Shown here: positions 29,801 to 46,800 of the stretch, piece by piece
Layout of the letters: each line of letters opens with the position of its first letter
Numbering within the stretch: the stretch's first letter is position 1
The notes under the pieces: generated by a model
What the model was told of the DNA's origin: nothing
Databases searched by the model: none
The model's input: only the letters and a program-made list of their open reading frames with translations
NCBI GenBank assembly: GCA_964016885.1
Contig: OZ024741.1
Span: 10,912,001-10,976,000 of the forward strand
Length of the DNA stretch: 64,000 bases
Direction: 5' to 3'
From: Eledone cirrhosa
Lineage: Eukaryota
Translations under genes and position numbers: made by a program

Positions 29801-31829
29801 TTTACTGTAGATATATTGTACTTTATACTGCTTACTGTAGATATATTGTACTTTACACTGTTTTCTGTAGATATATTGTACTTTTTACTGTTTACTGTAG
29901 ATATATTGTACTTTACACTGTAGATATATTGTACGTTACATTGTTCACTGTAGGTATATTGTTCCTTACATTGTTCACTGTAGATGTATTGTACTTTATA
30001 CTGTCACTGTAGGTATATCGTACTTTACACTGTTTACTGTAGATATATTGTACTTTACACTGTTTACTGTAGATATATTGTACTTTACACTGTTTACTGT
30101 AGATATATTGTACTTTACACAGTTTACTGTAGCTATATTGTACTTTACATTGTTTACAGTGGATATATTTTACTTTACACTGTTTACTGTAGATATATTG
30201 TACTTTACACTGTTTACTGTATATATATTGTACTTTACACTGTTCACTTTAGATATATTGTACTTTACACTGTTTACAGTAGATATATTGTACTTTACAC
30301 TGTTTACAGTAGATATATTGTACTTTACAATATTTTCTGTAGATATATTGTACTTTACACTGTTTACTGTAGATATATTGTACTTTACACTGTTTACTGT
30401 ATATATATTGTACTTCACACTGTTTATAGTAGATATATTATACTTTACACTGTTTACTGTAGATATATTGTACTTTACACTATTTAGTGTAGATATATTG
30501 TACTTTACACTGTTTACTGTAGATATATTGTACTTTACACTGTTTACTGTAGATATATTTTACTTTACAATGTTTACTGTAGATCTATTGTACTTTACAC
30601 TGTTTACTGTAGATATATTGTACTTCACACTGTTTACTGTAGATATATCGTACTTTCCACTGTTTACAGTAGTTATATTATACTTTACACTTTTTACTAT
30701 AGATATATTGTTTTTTACACTGTTTACTGTAGATATATTGTACTTTATACTGTTTACAGTAGATATATTGTACTTTACACTGTTTACTGTGGATATATTT
30801 TACTTTACACTGTTTACTGTAGATATATTGTACTTTTCACTGTTTACTGTAGATATATTGTACTTTACACTGTTTACTGTAGATATATTGTACTTTACAC
30901 TGTTTACAGTAGATATATTGTACTTTACACTGTTTACTGTAGATATATTGTACTTTACACTGTTTACCCTAGATCTATTGTACTTGACACTCTTTACTGT
31001 AGCTATATTGTACTTTACACTGTTTACAGTGGATATATTTTACTTTACACTGTTTACTGTAGATATATTGTACTTTTCACTGTTTATTGTAGATATATTG
31101 TACTTTACACTGTTTACTGTAGATATATTGTACTTTACACTGTTTACTGTAGACATATTGTTCTTTACACTGTTTACTGTAGATATATTGTACTTTACGC
31201 TGTTTACTGTAGATATATTGTACTTTACATGTTTACTGTAGATATATTGTGCTTTACACTGTATACTGTAGATATATTGTACTTTACACTGTTTACTGTA
31301 GATATATTGTACTTTACACTGTTTACTGTAGATATATTGTACTTTACACTGTTTACTGCAGATATATTGTAATTTACATTGTTTACTGTAGTTATATTGT
31401 ACTTTATACTGTTTACTGTAGACATATTGTACTTTATACTGTTTACTGTAGATATATTGTACTTTACACTGTTTACTGTAGATATATTGTACTTTATACT
31501 GTTTACTGTAGACATATTGTACTTTACACTTTTTACTGTAGATATATTGTAGTTTACACTGTTTACTGTAGATATATTGTATATTATACTGTTTACTGTA
31601 CACATATTGTACTTTACACTGTTTACTGTAGATATATTGTAGTTTACACTTTCTACTGTAGATATATTTACTTTGTACTGTTTACTGTAGAAATATTGTA
31701 CTTTATACTGTTTACTGTAGATATATTGTAATTTCTACTGTTTACTGTAGACATATTGTACTTTACACTGTTTACTGTAGATATATTGTAGTTTACACGG
31801 TTTACTGTAGATATGTTGTACTTTATACT

Positions 31830-34800
31830 GTTTACTGTAGATATATTGTACTTTACACTGTTTTCTGTAGATATATTGTACTTTTTACTGTTTACTGTAG
31901 ACATATTGTACTTTGTACTGTTTACTGTAGATATATTGTACTTTACACTGTAGATATATTGTACGTTACATTGTTCACTGTAGGTATATTGTACCTTACA
32001 TTGTTCACTGTAGATGTATTGTACTTTATACTGTCACTGTAGGTATATTGTACTTTACACTGTTTACTGTAGATATATTGTACTTTACACTGTTTACTGT
32101 AAATATTTTGTACTTTACACTGTTTACTGTAGATATATTGTACTTTACACTGTTTACTGTAGATATATTTTACTTTACACTGTTTACAGTAGATATATTG
32201 TACTTTACACTGTTTACTGTAGATATATTGTACTTTACACTGTTTATAGTAGTTACATTGTACTTTACACTGTTTACTGTTGATATATTGTACTTTACAC
32301 TATTTACTGTAGATATATTCTACTTTACACTGTCCACTGTAGATATATTGTACTTTACCCTGTTTACAGTAGATATATTGTACTTTACACTGTTTACTAT
32401 AGATATATTTTACTTTACACTGTTTACAGTAGATATATTGTAGTTTACACTGTTTACTGTAGATATATTGTACTTTACACTGTTTACAGTAGATATATTG
32501 TACTTTACACTGTTTACTGTAGATATATTGTACTTTACACTGTTTACCCTAGATCTATTGTACTTGACACTCTTTACTGTAGCTATATTGTACTTTACAC
32601 TGTTTACAGTGGATATATTTTACTTTACACTGTTTACTGTAGATATATTGTACTTTTCACTGTTTACTGTAGATATATTGTACTTTACACTGTTTACTGT
32701 AGATATATTATACTTTACACTGTTTACTGTAGATATATTGTACTTTACACTGTTTACTGTAGATATATTGTACTTTACACTGTTTACAGTAGATATATTG
32801 TACTTTACACTGTTTACTGTAGATACATTGTACTTTACACTGTTTACCCTAGATCTATTGTACTTGACACTCTTTACTGTAGCTATATTGTACTTTACAC
32901 TGTTTACAGTGGATATATTTTACTTTACACTGTTTACTGTAGATATATTTTACTTTTCACTGTTTACTGTAGATATATTGTACTTTACACTGTTTACTGT
33001 AGATATATTGTACTTTACACTGTTTACTGTAGACATATTGTTCTTTACGCTGTTTACTGTAGATATATTGTACTTTACGCTGTTTACTGTAGATATATTG
33101 TACTTTACATGTCTACTGTAGATATATTGTGCTTTACACTGTATACTGTAGATATATCGTACTTTACACTGTTTACTGTAGATATATTGTAATTTACACT
33201 GTTTACTGTAGATATATTGTACTTTACACTGTTTACTGCAGATATATTGTAATTTACATTGTTTACTGTAGATATATTGTACTTTATACTGTTTACTGTA
33301 GATATATTGTACTTTACACTGTTTACTTAGATATATTGTACTTTATACTGTTTACTGTAGACATATTGTACTTTACACTTTTTACTGTAGATATATTGTA
33401 GTTTACACTGTTTACTGTAGATATATTGTATATTATACTGTTTACTGTACACATATTGTACTTTACACTGTTTACTGTAGATATATTGTAGTTTACACTT
33501 TTTACTGTAGATATATTTACTTTGTACTGTTTACTGTAGAAATATTGTACTTTATACTGTTTACTGTAGATATATTGTACTTTACACTGTTTACTGTAGA
33601 TATATTGTAATTTATACTGTTTACTGTAGACATATTGTACTTTACACTGTTTACTGTAGATATATTGTACTTTACACTGTTTACTGTAGATATATTGTAC
33701 TTTACACTGTTTACTGTAGATATATTGTACTTTATACTGTTTACTGTAGATATATTGTACTTTACACTGTTTTCTGTAGATATATTGTACTTTTTACTGT
33801 TTACTGTAGACATATTGTACTTTATACTGTTTACTGTAGATATATTGTACTTTACACTGTAGATATATTGTAAGTTACATTGTTCACTGTAGGTATGTTG
33901 TACCTTACATTGTTCACTGTAGATGTATTGTACTTTATACTGTCACTGTATGTATATTGTACTTTACACTGTTTACTGTAGATATATTGTACTTTACACT
34001 GTTTACTGTAGATATTTTGTACTTTACACTGTTTACTGTAGATATATTGTATGTTATACTGTTTACTGTAGACATATTGTACTTTGCACTATTTACTGTA
34101 GATATATTGTACTTTATACTGTTTACTGTAGACATATTGTACTTTATACACTTTACTGTAGATATATTGTACTTTACACTGTAGATATATTGTACGTTAC
34201 ATTGTTCACTGTAGATGTATTGTACTTTAGACTGTTCACTGTAGGTATATTATACTTTACACTGTTTACTGTAGATATATTGTACTTTAAACTGTTTACT
34301 GTAGATATTTTGTACTTTACACTGTTTACTGTAGATATATTGTACTTTATGCTGTTCACCGTAGTATTATTGTACTTTACACTGTTTACTGTAGATATAT
34401 TCTTCTTTACACTGTTCACTGTAGATATATTGTACTTTACACTGTTTATAGTAGATACATTGTACTTTACACTATTTACTGTAGATATATTCTACTTTAT
34501 ACTGTCCACTGTAGATATGTTGTACTTTACACTGGTTACAGTAGATATATTGTACGTTATACTGTTTACTGTAGATATATTTTACTTTACACTGTTTACA
34601 GTAGATATATTGTACTTTCCACTGTTTACTGTAGATATATTGTAGCTTACACTGTTTACTGTAGATATATTATACTTTACACTGCTTACTGTAGATATAT
34701 TGTACTTTTCACTGTTTACTGTAGATATATTGTACTTTACACTGTTTACAGTAGATATATTGTACTTTACACTGTTTACTGTAGATATATTGTACTTTAC

Positions 34801-37800
34801 ACTGTTTACTGTAGATATATTGTACTTTACACAGTTTACTGTAGCTATATTGTACTTTACACTGTTTACAGTGGATATATTTTACTTTACACTGTTTACT
34901 GTAGATATATTGTACTTTACACTGTTCACTGTAGATATATTGAACTTTACACTGTTCACTTTAGATATATTGTACTTTACACTGTTTACTGTAGATATAT
35001 TGTACTTTACACTGTTTACAGTAGATATATTGTACTTTACAATATTTTCTGTAGATATATTGTACTTTACACTGTTTACTGTAGATATATTGTACTTTAC
35101 ATCGTTTACTGTATATATATTGTATTTCACACTGTTTACAGTAGATATATTGTAGTTTACACTGTTTACTGTAGATATATTATACTTTACACTTTACTGT
35201 AGATATATTGTACTTTACACTGTTTACTGTAGATATATTGTACTTTACACTGTTTACAGTAGATATATTGTATTTTACACTGTTTACTGTAGATATATTG
35301 TACTTTACACTGTTTACCCTAGATATATTGTACTTGACACTCTTTACTGTAGCTATATTGTACTTTACACTGTTTACAGTGGATATATTTTACTTTACAC
35401 TGTTTACTGTAGATATATTGTACTTTTCACTGTTTACTGTAGATATATTGTACATTACACTATTTACAGTAGATACATTATACTTTACACTGTTTACTGT
35501 AGATATATTGTACTTTACACAGTTCACTTTAGATATATTGTTTTTTGCACTGTTTACTATAGATATATTGTACTTTACAATATTTACTGTAGATATATTG
35601 TACTTTACACTGTTTACTGTAGATATATTGTACTTTACACTGTTTACTGTAGATATATTTTACTTTACACTGTTTACAGTAGATATATTGTACTTTCCAC
35701 TGTTTACTGTAGATATATTGTAGTTTACAATGTTTAGTGTAGATATATTATACTTTACACTGTTTACTGTAGATATATTGTACTTTTCACTGTTTACTGT
35801 AGATATATTGTACTTTACACTGTTTACTGTAGATATATTGTACTTGACACTGTTTAATGTAGATATATTGTACTTTACACTGTTTACTGTAGCTATATTT
35901 TACTTTACACTGTTTACAGTGGATATATTTTACTTTACACTGTTTACTTTAGATATATTGTACTTTACACTGTTTACTGTAGATACATTGTACTTTACAC
36001 TGTTCACTTTGGATATATTGTACTTTACACTGTTTACAGTAGATATATTGTACTTTACAATATTTACTGTAGATATATTGTACTTTACACTATCTACTGT
36101 AGATATATTGTACTTTACACTGTTTACTGTAGATATATTGTACTTTACACTGTTTTCTGTAGATATATTGTACTTTTTACTGTTTACTGTAGACATATTG
36201 TACTTTGTACTGTTTACTGTAGATATATTGTACTTTACACTGTAGATATATTGTACGTTACATTGTTCACTGTAGGTATATTGTACCTTACATTGTTCAC
36301 TGTAGATGTATTGTACTTTATACTGTCACTGTAGGTATATTGTACTTTACACTGTTTACTGTAGATATATTGTACTTTACACTGTTTACTGTAAATATTT
36401 TGTACTTTACACTGTTTACTGTAGATATATTGTACTTTACACTGTTTACTGTAGATATATTTTACTTTACACTGTTTACAGTAGATATATTGTACTTTAC
36501 ACTGTTTACTGTAGATATATTGTACTTTACACTGTTTATAGTAGTTACATTGTACTTTACACTGTTTACTGTTGATATATTGTACTTTACACTATTTACT
36601 GTAGATATATTCTACTTTACACTGTCCACTGTAGATATATTGTACTTTACCCTGTTTACAGTAGATATATTGTACTTTACACTGTTTACTATAGATATAT
36701 TTTACTTTACACTGTTTACAGTAGATATATTGTAGTTTACACTGTTTACTGTAGATATATTGTACTTTACACTGTTTACAGTAGATATATTGTACTTTAC
36801 ACTGTTTACTGTAGATATATTGTACTTTACACTGTTTACCCTAGATCTATTGTACTTGACACTCTTTACTGTAGCTATATTGTACTTTACACTGTTTACA
36901 GTGGATATATTTTACTTTACACTGTTTACTGTAGATATATTGTACTTTTCACTGTTTACTGTAGATATATTGTACTTTACACTGTTTACTGTAGATATAT
37001 TATACTTTACACTGTTTACTGTAGATATATTGTACTTTACACTGTTTACTGTAGATATATTGTACTTTACACTGTTTACAGTAGATATATTGTACTTTAC
37101 ACTGTTTACTGTAGATACATTGTACTTTACACTGTTTACCCTAGATCTATTGTACTTGACACTCTTTACTGTAGCTATATTGTACTTTACACTGTTTACA
37201 GTGGATATATTTTACTTTACACTGTTTACTGTAGATATATTTTACTTTTCACTGTTTACTGTAGATATATTGTACTTTACACTGTTTACTGTAGATATAT
37301 TGTACTTTACACTGTTTACTGTAGACATATTGTTCTTTACGCTGTTTACTGTAGATATATTGTACTTTACGCTGTTTACTGTAGATATATTGTACTTTAC
37401 ATGTCTACTGTAGATATATTGTGCTTTACACTGTATACTGTAGATATATCGTACTTTACACTGTTTACTGTAGATATATTGTAATTTACACTGTTTACTG
37501 TAGATATATTGTACTTTACACTGTTTACTGCAGATATATTGTAATTTACATTGTTTACTGTAGATATATTGTACTTTATACTGTTTACTGTAGATATATT
37601 GTACTTTACACTGTTTACTTAGATATATTGTACTTTATACTGTTTACTGTAGACATATTGTACTTTACACTTTTTACTGTAGATATATTGTAGTTTACAC
37701 TGTTTACTGTAGATATATTGTATATTATACTGTTTACTGTACACATATTGTACTTTACACTGTTTACTGTAGATATATTGTAGTTTACACTTTTTACTGT

Positions 37801-40800
37801 AGATATATTTACTTTGTACTGTTTACTGTAGAAATATTGTACTTTATACTGTTTACTGTAGATATATTGTACTTTACACTGTTTACTGTAGATATATTGT
37901 AATTTATACTGTTTACTGTAGACATATTGTACTTTACACTGTTTACTGTAGATATATTGTACTTTATACTGTTTACTGTAGATATATTGTACTTTACACT
38001 GTTTTCTGTAGATATATTGTACTTTTTACTGTTTACTGTAGACATATTGTACTTTATACTGTTTACTGTAGATATATTGTACTTTACACTGTAGATATAT
38101 TGTAAGTTACATTGTTCACTGTAGGTATGTTGTACCTTACATTGTTCACTGTAGATGTATTGTACTTTATACTGTCACTGTATGTATATTGTACTTTACA
38201 CTGTTTACTGTAGATATATTGTACTTTACACTGTTTACTGTAGATATTTTGTACTTTACACTGTTTACTGTAGATATATTGTATGTTATACTGTTTACTG
38301 TAGACATATTGTACTTTGCACTATTTACTGTAGATATATTGTACTTTATACTGTTTACTGTAGACATATTGTACTTTATACACTTTACTGTAGATATATT
38401 GTACTTTACACTGTAGATATATTGTACGTTACATTGTTCACTGTAGATGTATTGTACTTTAGACTGTTCACTGTAGGTATATTATACTTTACACTGTTTA
38501 CTGTAGATATATTGTACTTTAAACTGTTTACTGTAGATATTTTGTACTTTACACTGTTTACTGTAGATATATTGTACTTTATGCTGTTCACCGTAGTATT
38601 ATTGTACTTTACACTGTTTACTGTAGATATATTCTTCTTTACACTGTTCACTGTAGATATATTGTACTTTACACTGTTTATAGTAGATACATTGTACTTT
38701 ACACTATTTACTGTAGATATATTCTACTTTATACTGTCCACTGTAGATATGTTGTACTTTACACTGGTTACAGTAGATATATTGTACGTTATACTGTTTA
38801 CTGTAGATATATTTTACTTTACACTGTTTACAGTAGATATATTGTACTTTCCACTGTTTACTGTAGATATATTGTAGCTTACACTGTTTACTGTAGATAT
38901 ATTATACTTTACACTGCTTACTGTAGATATATTGTACTTTTCACTGTTTACTGTAGATATATTGTACTTTACACTGTTTACAGTAGATATATTGTACTTT
39001 ACACTGTTTACTGTAGATATATTGTACTTTACACTGTTTACTGTAGATATATTGTACTTTACACAGTTTACTGTAGCTATATTGTACTTTACACTGTTTA
39101 CAGTGGATATATTTTACTTTACACTGTTTACTGTAGATATATTGTACTTTACACTGTTCACTGTAGATATATTGAACTTTACACTGTTCACTTTAGATAT
39201 ATTGTACTTTACACTGTTTACTGTAGATATATTGTACTTTACACTGTTTACAGTAGATATATTGTACTTTACAATATTTTCTGTAGATATATTGTACTTT
39301 ACACTGTTTACTGTAGATATATTGTACTTTACATCGTTTACTGTATATATATTGTATTTCACACTGTTTACAGTAGATATATTGTAGTTTACACTGTTTA
39401 CTGTAGATATATTATACTTTACACTTTACTGTAGATATATTGTACTTTACACTGTTTACTGTAGATATATTGTACTTTACACTGTTTACAGTAGATATAT
39501 TGTATTTTACACTGTTTACTGTAGATATATTGTACTTTACACTGTTTACCCTAGATATATTGTACTTGACACTCTTTACTGTAGCTATATTGTACTTTAC
39601 ACTGTTTACAGTGGATATATTTTACTTTACACTGTTTACTGTAGATATATTGTACTTTTCACTGTTTACTGTAGATATATTGTACATTACACTATTTACA
39701 GTAGATACATTATACTTTACACTGTTTACTGTAGATATATTGTACTTTACACAGTTCACTTTAGATATATTGTTTTTTGCACTGTTTACTATAGATATAT
39801 TGTACTTTACAATATTTACTGTAGATATATTGTACTTTACACTGTTTACTGTAGATATATTGTACTTTACACTGTTTACTGTAGATATATTTTACTTTAC
39901 ACTGTTTACAGTAGATATATTGTACTTTCCACTGTTTACTGTAGATATATTGTAGTTTACAATGTTTAGTGTAGATATATTATACTTTACACTGTTTACT
40001 GTAGATATATTGTACTTTTCACTGTTTACTGTAGATATATTGTACTTTACACTGTTTACTGTAGATATATTGTCCTTGACACTGTTTAATGTAGATATAT
40101 TGTACTTTACACTGTTTACTGTAGCTATATTTTACTTTACACTGTTTACAGTGGATATATTTTACTTTACACTGTTTACTTTAGATATATTGTACTTTAC
40201 ACTGTTTACTGTAGATACATTGTACTTTACACTGTTCACTTTGGATATATTGTACTTTACACTGTTTACAGTAGATATATTGTACTTTACAATATTTACT
40301 GTAGATATATTGTACTTTACACTATCTACTGTAGATATATTGTACTTTACACTGTTTACTGTAGATATATTGTACTTTACACTGTTTTCTGTAGATATAT
40401 TGTACTTTTTACTGTTTACTGTAGACATATTGTACTTTGTACTGTTTACTGTAGATATATTGTACTTTACACTGTAGATATATTGTACGTTACATTGTTC
40501 ACTGTAGGTATATTGTACCTTACATTGTTCACTGTAGATGTATTGTACTTTATACTGTCACTGTAGGTATATTGTACTTTACACTGTTTACTGTAGATAT
40601 ATTGTACTTTACACTGTTTACTGTAAATATTTTGTACTTTACACTGTTTACTGTAGATATATTGTACTTTACACTGTTTACTGTAGATATATTTTACTTT
40701 ACACTGTTTACAGTAGATATATTGTACTTTACACTGTTTACTGTAGATATATTGTACTTTACACTGTTTATAGTAGTTACATTGTACTTTACACTGTTTA

Positions 40801-43800
40801 CTGTTGATATATTGTACTTTACACTATTTACTGTAGATATATTCTACTTTACACTGTCCACTGTAGATATATTGTACTTTACCCTGTTTACAGTAGATAT
40901 ATTGTACTTTACACTGTTTACTATAGATATATTTTACTTTACACTGTTTACAGTAGATATATTGTAGTTTACACTGTTTACTGTAGATATATTGTACTTT
41001 ACACTGTTTACAGTAGATATATTGTACTTTACACTGTTTACTGTAGATATATTGTACTTTACACTGTTTACCCTAGATCTATTGTACTTGACACTCTTTA
41101 CTGTAGCTATATTGTACTTTACACTGTTTACAGTGGATATATTTTACTTTACACTGTTTACTGTAGATATATTGTACTTTTCACTGTTTACTGTAGATAT
41201 ATTGTACTTTACACTGTTTACTGTAGATATATTATACTTTACACTGTTTACTGTAGATATATTGTACTTTACACTGTTTACTGTAGATATATTTTACTTT
41301 ACACTGTTTACAGTAGATATATTGTAGTTTACACTGTTTACTGTAGATATATTGTACTTTACACTGTTTACAGTAGATATATTGTACTTTACACTGTTTA
41401 CTGTAGATACATTGTACTTTACACTGTTTACCCTAGATCTATTGTACTTGACACTCTTTACTGTAGCTATATTGTACTTTACACTGTTTACAGTGGATAT
41501 ATTTTACTTTACACTGTTTACTGTAGATATATTTTACTTTTCACTGTTTACTGTAGATATATTGTACTTTACACTGTTTACTGTAGATATATTGTACTTT
41601 ACACTGTTTACTGTAGACATATTGTTCTTTACGCTGTTTACTGTAGATATATTGTACTTTACGCTGTTTACTGTAGATATATTGTACTTTACATGTCTAC
41701 TGTAGATATATTGTGCTTTACACTGTATACTGTAGATATATCGTACTTTACACTGTTTACTGTAGATATATTGTAATTTACACTGTTTACTGTAGATATA
41801 TTGTACTTTACACTGTTTACTGCAGATATATTGTAATTTACATTGTTTACTGTAGATATATTGTACTTTATACTGTTTACTGTAGATATATTGTACTTTA
41901 CACTGTTTACTTAGATATATTGTACTTTATACTGTTTACTGTAGACATATTGTACTTTACACTTTTTACTGTAGATATATTGTAGTTTACACTGTTTACT
42001 GTAGATATATTGTATATTATACTGTTTACTGTACACATATTGTACTTTACGCTGTTTACTGTAGATATATTGTAGTTTACCCTTTTTACTGTAGATATAT
42101 TTACTTTGTACTGTTTACTGTAGAAATATTGTACTTTATACTGTTTACTGTAGATATATTGTACTTTACACTGTTTACTGTAGATATATTGTAATTTATA
42201 CTGTTTACTGTAGACATATTGTACTTTACACTGTTTACTGTAGATATATTGTACTTTACACTGTTTACTGTAGATATATTGTACTTTACACTGTTTACTG
42301 TAGATATATTGTACTTTATACTGTTTACTGTAGATATATTGTACTTTACACTGTTTTCTGTAGATATATTGTACTTTTTACTGTTTACTGTAGACATATT
42401 GTACTTTATACTGTTTACTGTAGATATATTGTACTTTACACTGTAGATATATTGTAAGTTACATTGTTCACTGTAGGTATGTTGTACCTTACATTGTTCA
42501 CTGTAGATGTATTGTACTTTATACTGTCACTGTATGTATATTGTACTTTACACTGTTTACTGTAGATATATTGTATTTACACTGTTTACTGTAGATATTT
42601 TGTACTTTACACTGTTTACTGTAGATATATTGTATGTTATACTGTTTACTGTAGACATATTGTACTTTGCACTATTTACTGTAGATATATTGTACTTTAT
42701 ACTGTTTACTGTAGACATATTGTACTTTATACACTTTACTGTAGATATATTGTACTTTACACTGTAGATATATTGTACGTTACATTGTTCACTGTAGATG
42801 TATTGTACTTTAGACTGTTCACTGTAGGTATATTATACTTTACACTGTTTACTGTAGATATATTGTACTTTAAACTGTTTACTGTAGATATTTTGTACTT
42901 TACACTGTTTACTGTAGATATATTGTACTTTATGCTGTTCACCGTAGTATTATTGTACTTTACACTGTTTACTGTAGATATATTCTTCTTTACACTGTTC
43001 ACTGTAGATATATTGTACTTTACACTGTTTATAGTAGATACATTGTACTTTACACTATTTACTGTAGATATATTCTACTTTATACTGTCCACTGTAGATA
43101 TGTTGTACTTTACACTGGTTACAGTAGATATATTGTACGTTATACTGTTTACTGTAGATATATTTTACTTTACACTGTTTACAGTAGATATATTGTACTT
43201 TCCACTGTTTACTGTAGATATATTGTAGCTTACACTGTTTACTGTAGATATATTATACTTTACACTGCTTACTGTAGATATATTGTACTTTTCACTGTTT
43301 ACTGTAGATATATTGTACTTTACACTGTTTACAGTAGATATATTGTACTTTACACTGTTTACTGTAGATATATTGTACTTTACACTGTTTACTGTAGATA
43401 TATTGTACTTTACACAGTTTACTGTAGCTATATTGTACTTTACACTGTTTACAGTGGATATATTTTACTTTACACTGTTTACTGTAGATATATTGTACTT
43501 TACACTGTTCACTGTAGATATATTGAACTTTACACTGTTCACTTTAGATATATTGTACTTTACACTGTTTACTGTAGATATATTGTACTTTACACTGTTT
43601 ACAGTAGATATATTGTACTTTACAATATTTTCTGTAGATATATTGTACTTTACACTGTTTACTGTAGATATATTGTACTTTACATCGTTTACTGTATATA
43701 TATTGTATTTCACACTGTTTACAGTAGATATATTGTAGTTTACACTGTTTACTGTAGATATATTATACTTTACACTTTACTGTAGATATATTGTACTTTA

Positions 43801-46800
43801 CACTGTTTACTGTAGATATATTGTACTTTACACTGTTTACAGTAGATATATTGTATTTTACACTGTTTACTGTAGATATATTGTACTTTACACTGTTTAC
43901 CCTAGATATATTGTACTTGACACTCTTTACTGTAGCTATATTGTACTTTACACTGTTTACAGTGGATATATTTTACTTTACACTGTTTACTGTAGATATA
44001 TTGTACTTTTCACTGTTTACTGTAGATATATTGTACATTACACTATTTACAGTAGATACATTATACTTTACACTGTTTACTGTAGATATATTGTACTTTA
44101 CACAGTTCACTTTAGATATATTGTTTTTTGCACTGTTTACTATAGATATATTGTACTTTACAATATTTACTGTAGATATATTGTACTTTACACTGTTTAC
44201 TGTAGATATATTGTACTTTACACTGTTTACTGTAGATATATTTTACTTTACACTGTTTACAGTAGATATATTGTACTTTCCACTGTTTACTGTAGATATA
44301 TTGTAGTTTACAATGTTTAGTGTAGATATATTATACTTTACACTGTTTACTGTAGATATATTGTACTTTTCACTGTTTACTGTAGATATATTGTACTTTA
44401 CACTGTTTACTGTAGATATATTGTACTTGACACTGTTTAATGTAGATATATTGTACTTTACACTGTTTACTGTAGCTATATTTTACTTTACACTGTTTAC
44501 AGTGGATATATTTTACTTTACACTGTTTACTTTAGATATATTGTACTTTACACTGTTTACTGTAGATACATTGTACTTTACACTGTTCACTTTGGATATA
44601 TTGTACTTTACACTGTTTACAGTAGATATATTGTACTTTACAATATTTACTGTAGATATATTGTACTTTACACTATCTACTGTAGATATATTGTACTTTA
44701 CACTGTTTACTGTAGATATATTGTACTTTACACTGTTTTCTGTAGATATATTGTACTTTTTACTGTTTACTGTAGACATATTGTACTTTGTACTGTTTAC
44801 TGTAGATATATTGTACTTTACACTGTAGATATATTGTACGTTACATTGTTCACTGTAGGTATATTGTACCTTACATTGTTCACTGTAGATGTATTGTACT
44901 TTATACTGTCACTGTAGGTATATTGTACTTTACACTGTTTACTGTAGATATATTGTACTTTACACTGTTTACTGTAAATATTTTGTACTTTACACTGTTT
45001 ACTGTAGATATATTGTACTTTACACTGTTTACTGTAGATATATTTTACTTTACACTGTTTACAGTAGATATATTGTACTTTACACTGTTTACTGTAGATA
45101 TATTGTACTTTACACTGTTTATAGTAGTTACATTGTACTTTACACTGTTTACTGTTGATATATTGTACTTTACACTATTTACTGTAGATATATTCTACTT
45201 TACACTGTCCACTGTAGATATATTGTACTTTACCCTGTTTACAGTAGATATATTGTACTTTACACTGTTTACTATAGATATATTTTACTTTACACTGTTT
45301 ACAGTAGATATATTGTAGTTTACACTGTTTACTGTAGATATATTGTACTTTACACTGTTTACAGTAGATATATTGTACTTTACACTGTTTACTGTAGATA
45401 TATTGTACTTTACACTGTTTACCCTAGATCTATTGTACTTGACACTCTTTACTGTAGCTATATTGTACTTTACACTGTTTACAGTGGATATATTTTACTT
45501 TACACTGTTTACTGTAGATATATTGTACTTTTCACTGTTTACTGTAGATATATTGTACTTTACACTGTTTACTGTAGATATATTATACTTTACACTGTTT
45601 ACTGTAGATATATTGTACTTTACACTGTTTACTGTAGATATATTGTACTTTACACTGTTTACAGTAGATATATTGTACTTTACACTGTTTACTGTAGATA
45701 CATTGTACTTTACACTGTTTACCCTAGATCTATTGTACTTGACACTCTTTACTGTAGCTATATTGTACTTTACACTGTTTACAGTGGATATATTTTACTT
45801 TACACTGTTTACTGTAGATATATTTTACTTTTCACTGTTTACTGTAGATATATTGTACTTTACACTGTTTACTGTAGATATATTGTACTTTACACTGTTT
45901 ACTGTAGACATATTGTTCTTTACGCTGTTTACTGTAGATATATTGTACTTTACGCTGTTTACTGTAGTTATATTGTACTTTACATGTCTACTGTAGATAT
46001 ATTGTGCTTTACACTGTATACTGTAGATATATCGTACTTTACACTGTTTACTGTAGATATATTGTAATTTACACTGTTTACTGTAGATATATTGTACTTT
46101 ACACTGTTTACTGCAGATATATTGTAATTTACATTGTTTACTGTAGATATATTGTACTTTATACTGTTTACTGTAGATATATTGTACTTTACACTGTTTA
46201 CTTAGATATATTGTACTTTATACTGTTTACTGTAGACATATTGTACTTTACACTTTTTACTGTAGATATATTGTAGTTTACACTGTTTACTGTAGATATA
46301 TTGTATATTATACTGTTTACTGTACACATATTGTACTTTACACTGTTTACTGTAGATATATTGTAGTTTACACTTTTTACTGTAGATATATTTACTTTGT
46401 ACTGTTTACTGTAGAAATATTGTACTTTATACTGTTTACTGTAGATATATTGTACTTTACACTGTTTACTGTAGATATATTGTAATTTATACTGTTTACT
46501 GTAGACATATTGTACTTTACACTGTTTACTGTAGATATATTGTACTTTACACTGTTTACTGTAGATATATTGTACTTTACACTGTTTACTGTAGATATAT
46601 TGTACTTTATACTGTTTACTGTAGATATATTGTACTTTACACTGTTTTCTGTAGATATATTGTACTTTTTACTGTTTACTGTAGACATATTGTACTTTAT
46701 ACTGTTTACTGTAGATATATTGTACTTTACACTGTAGATATATTGTAAGTTACATTGTTCACTGTAGGTATGTTGTACCTTACATTGTTCACTGTAGATG

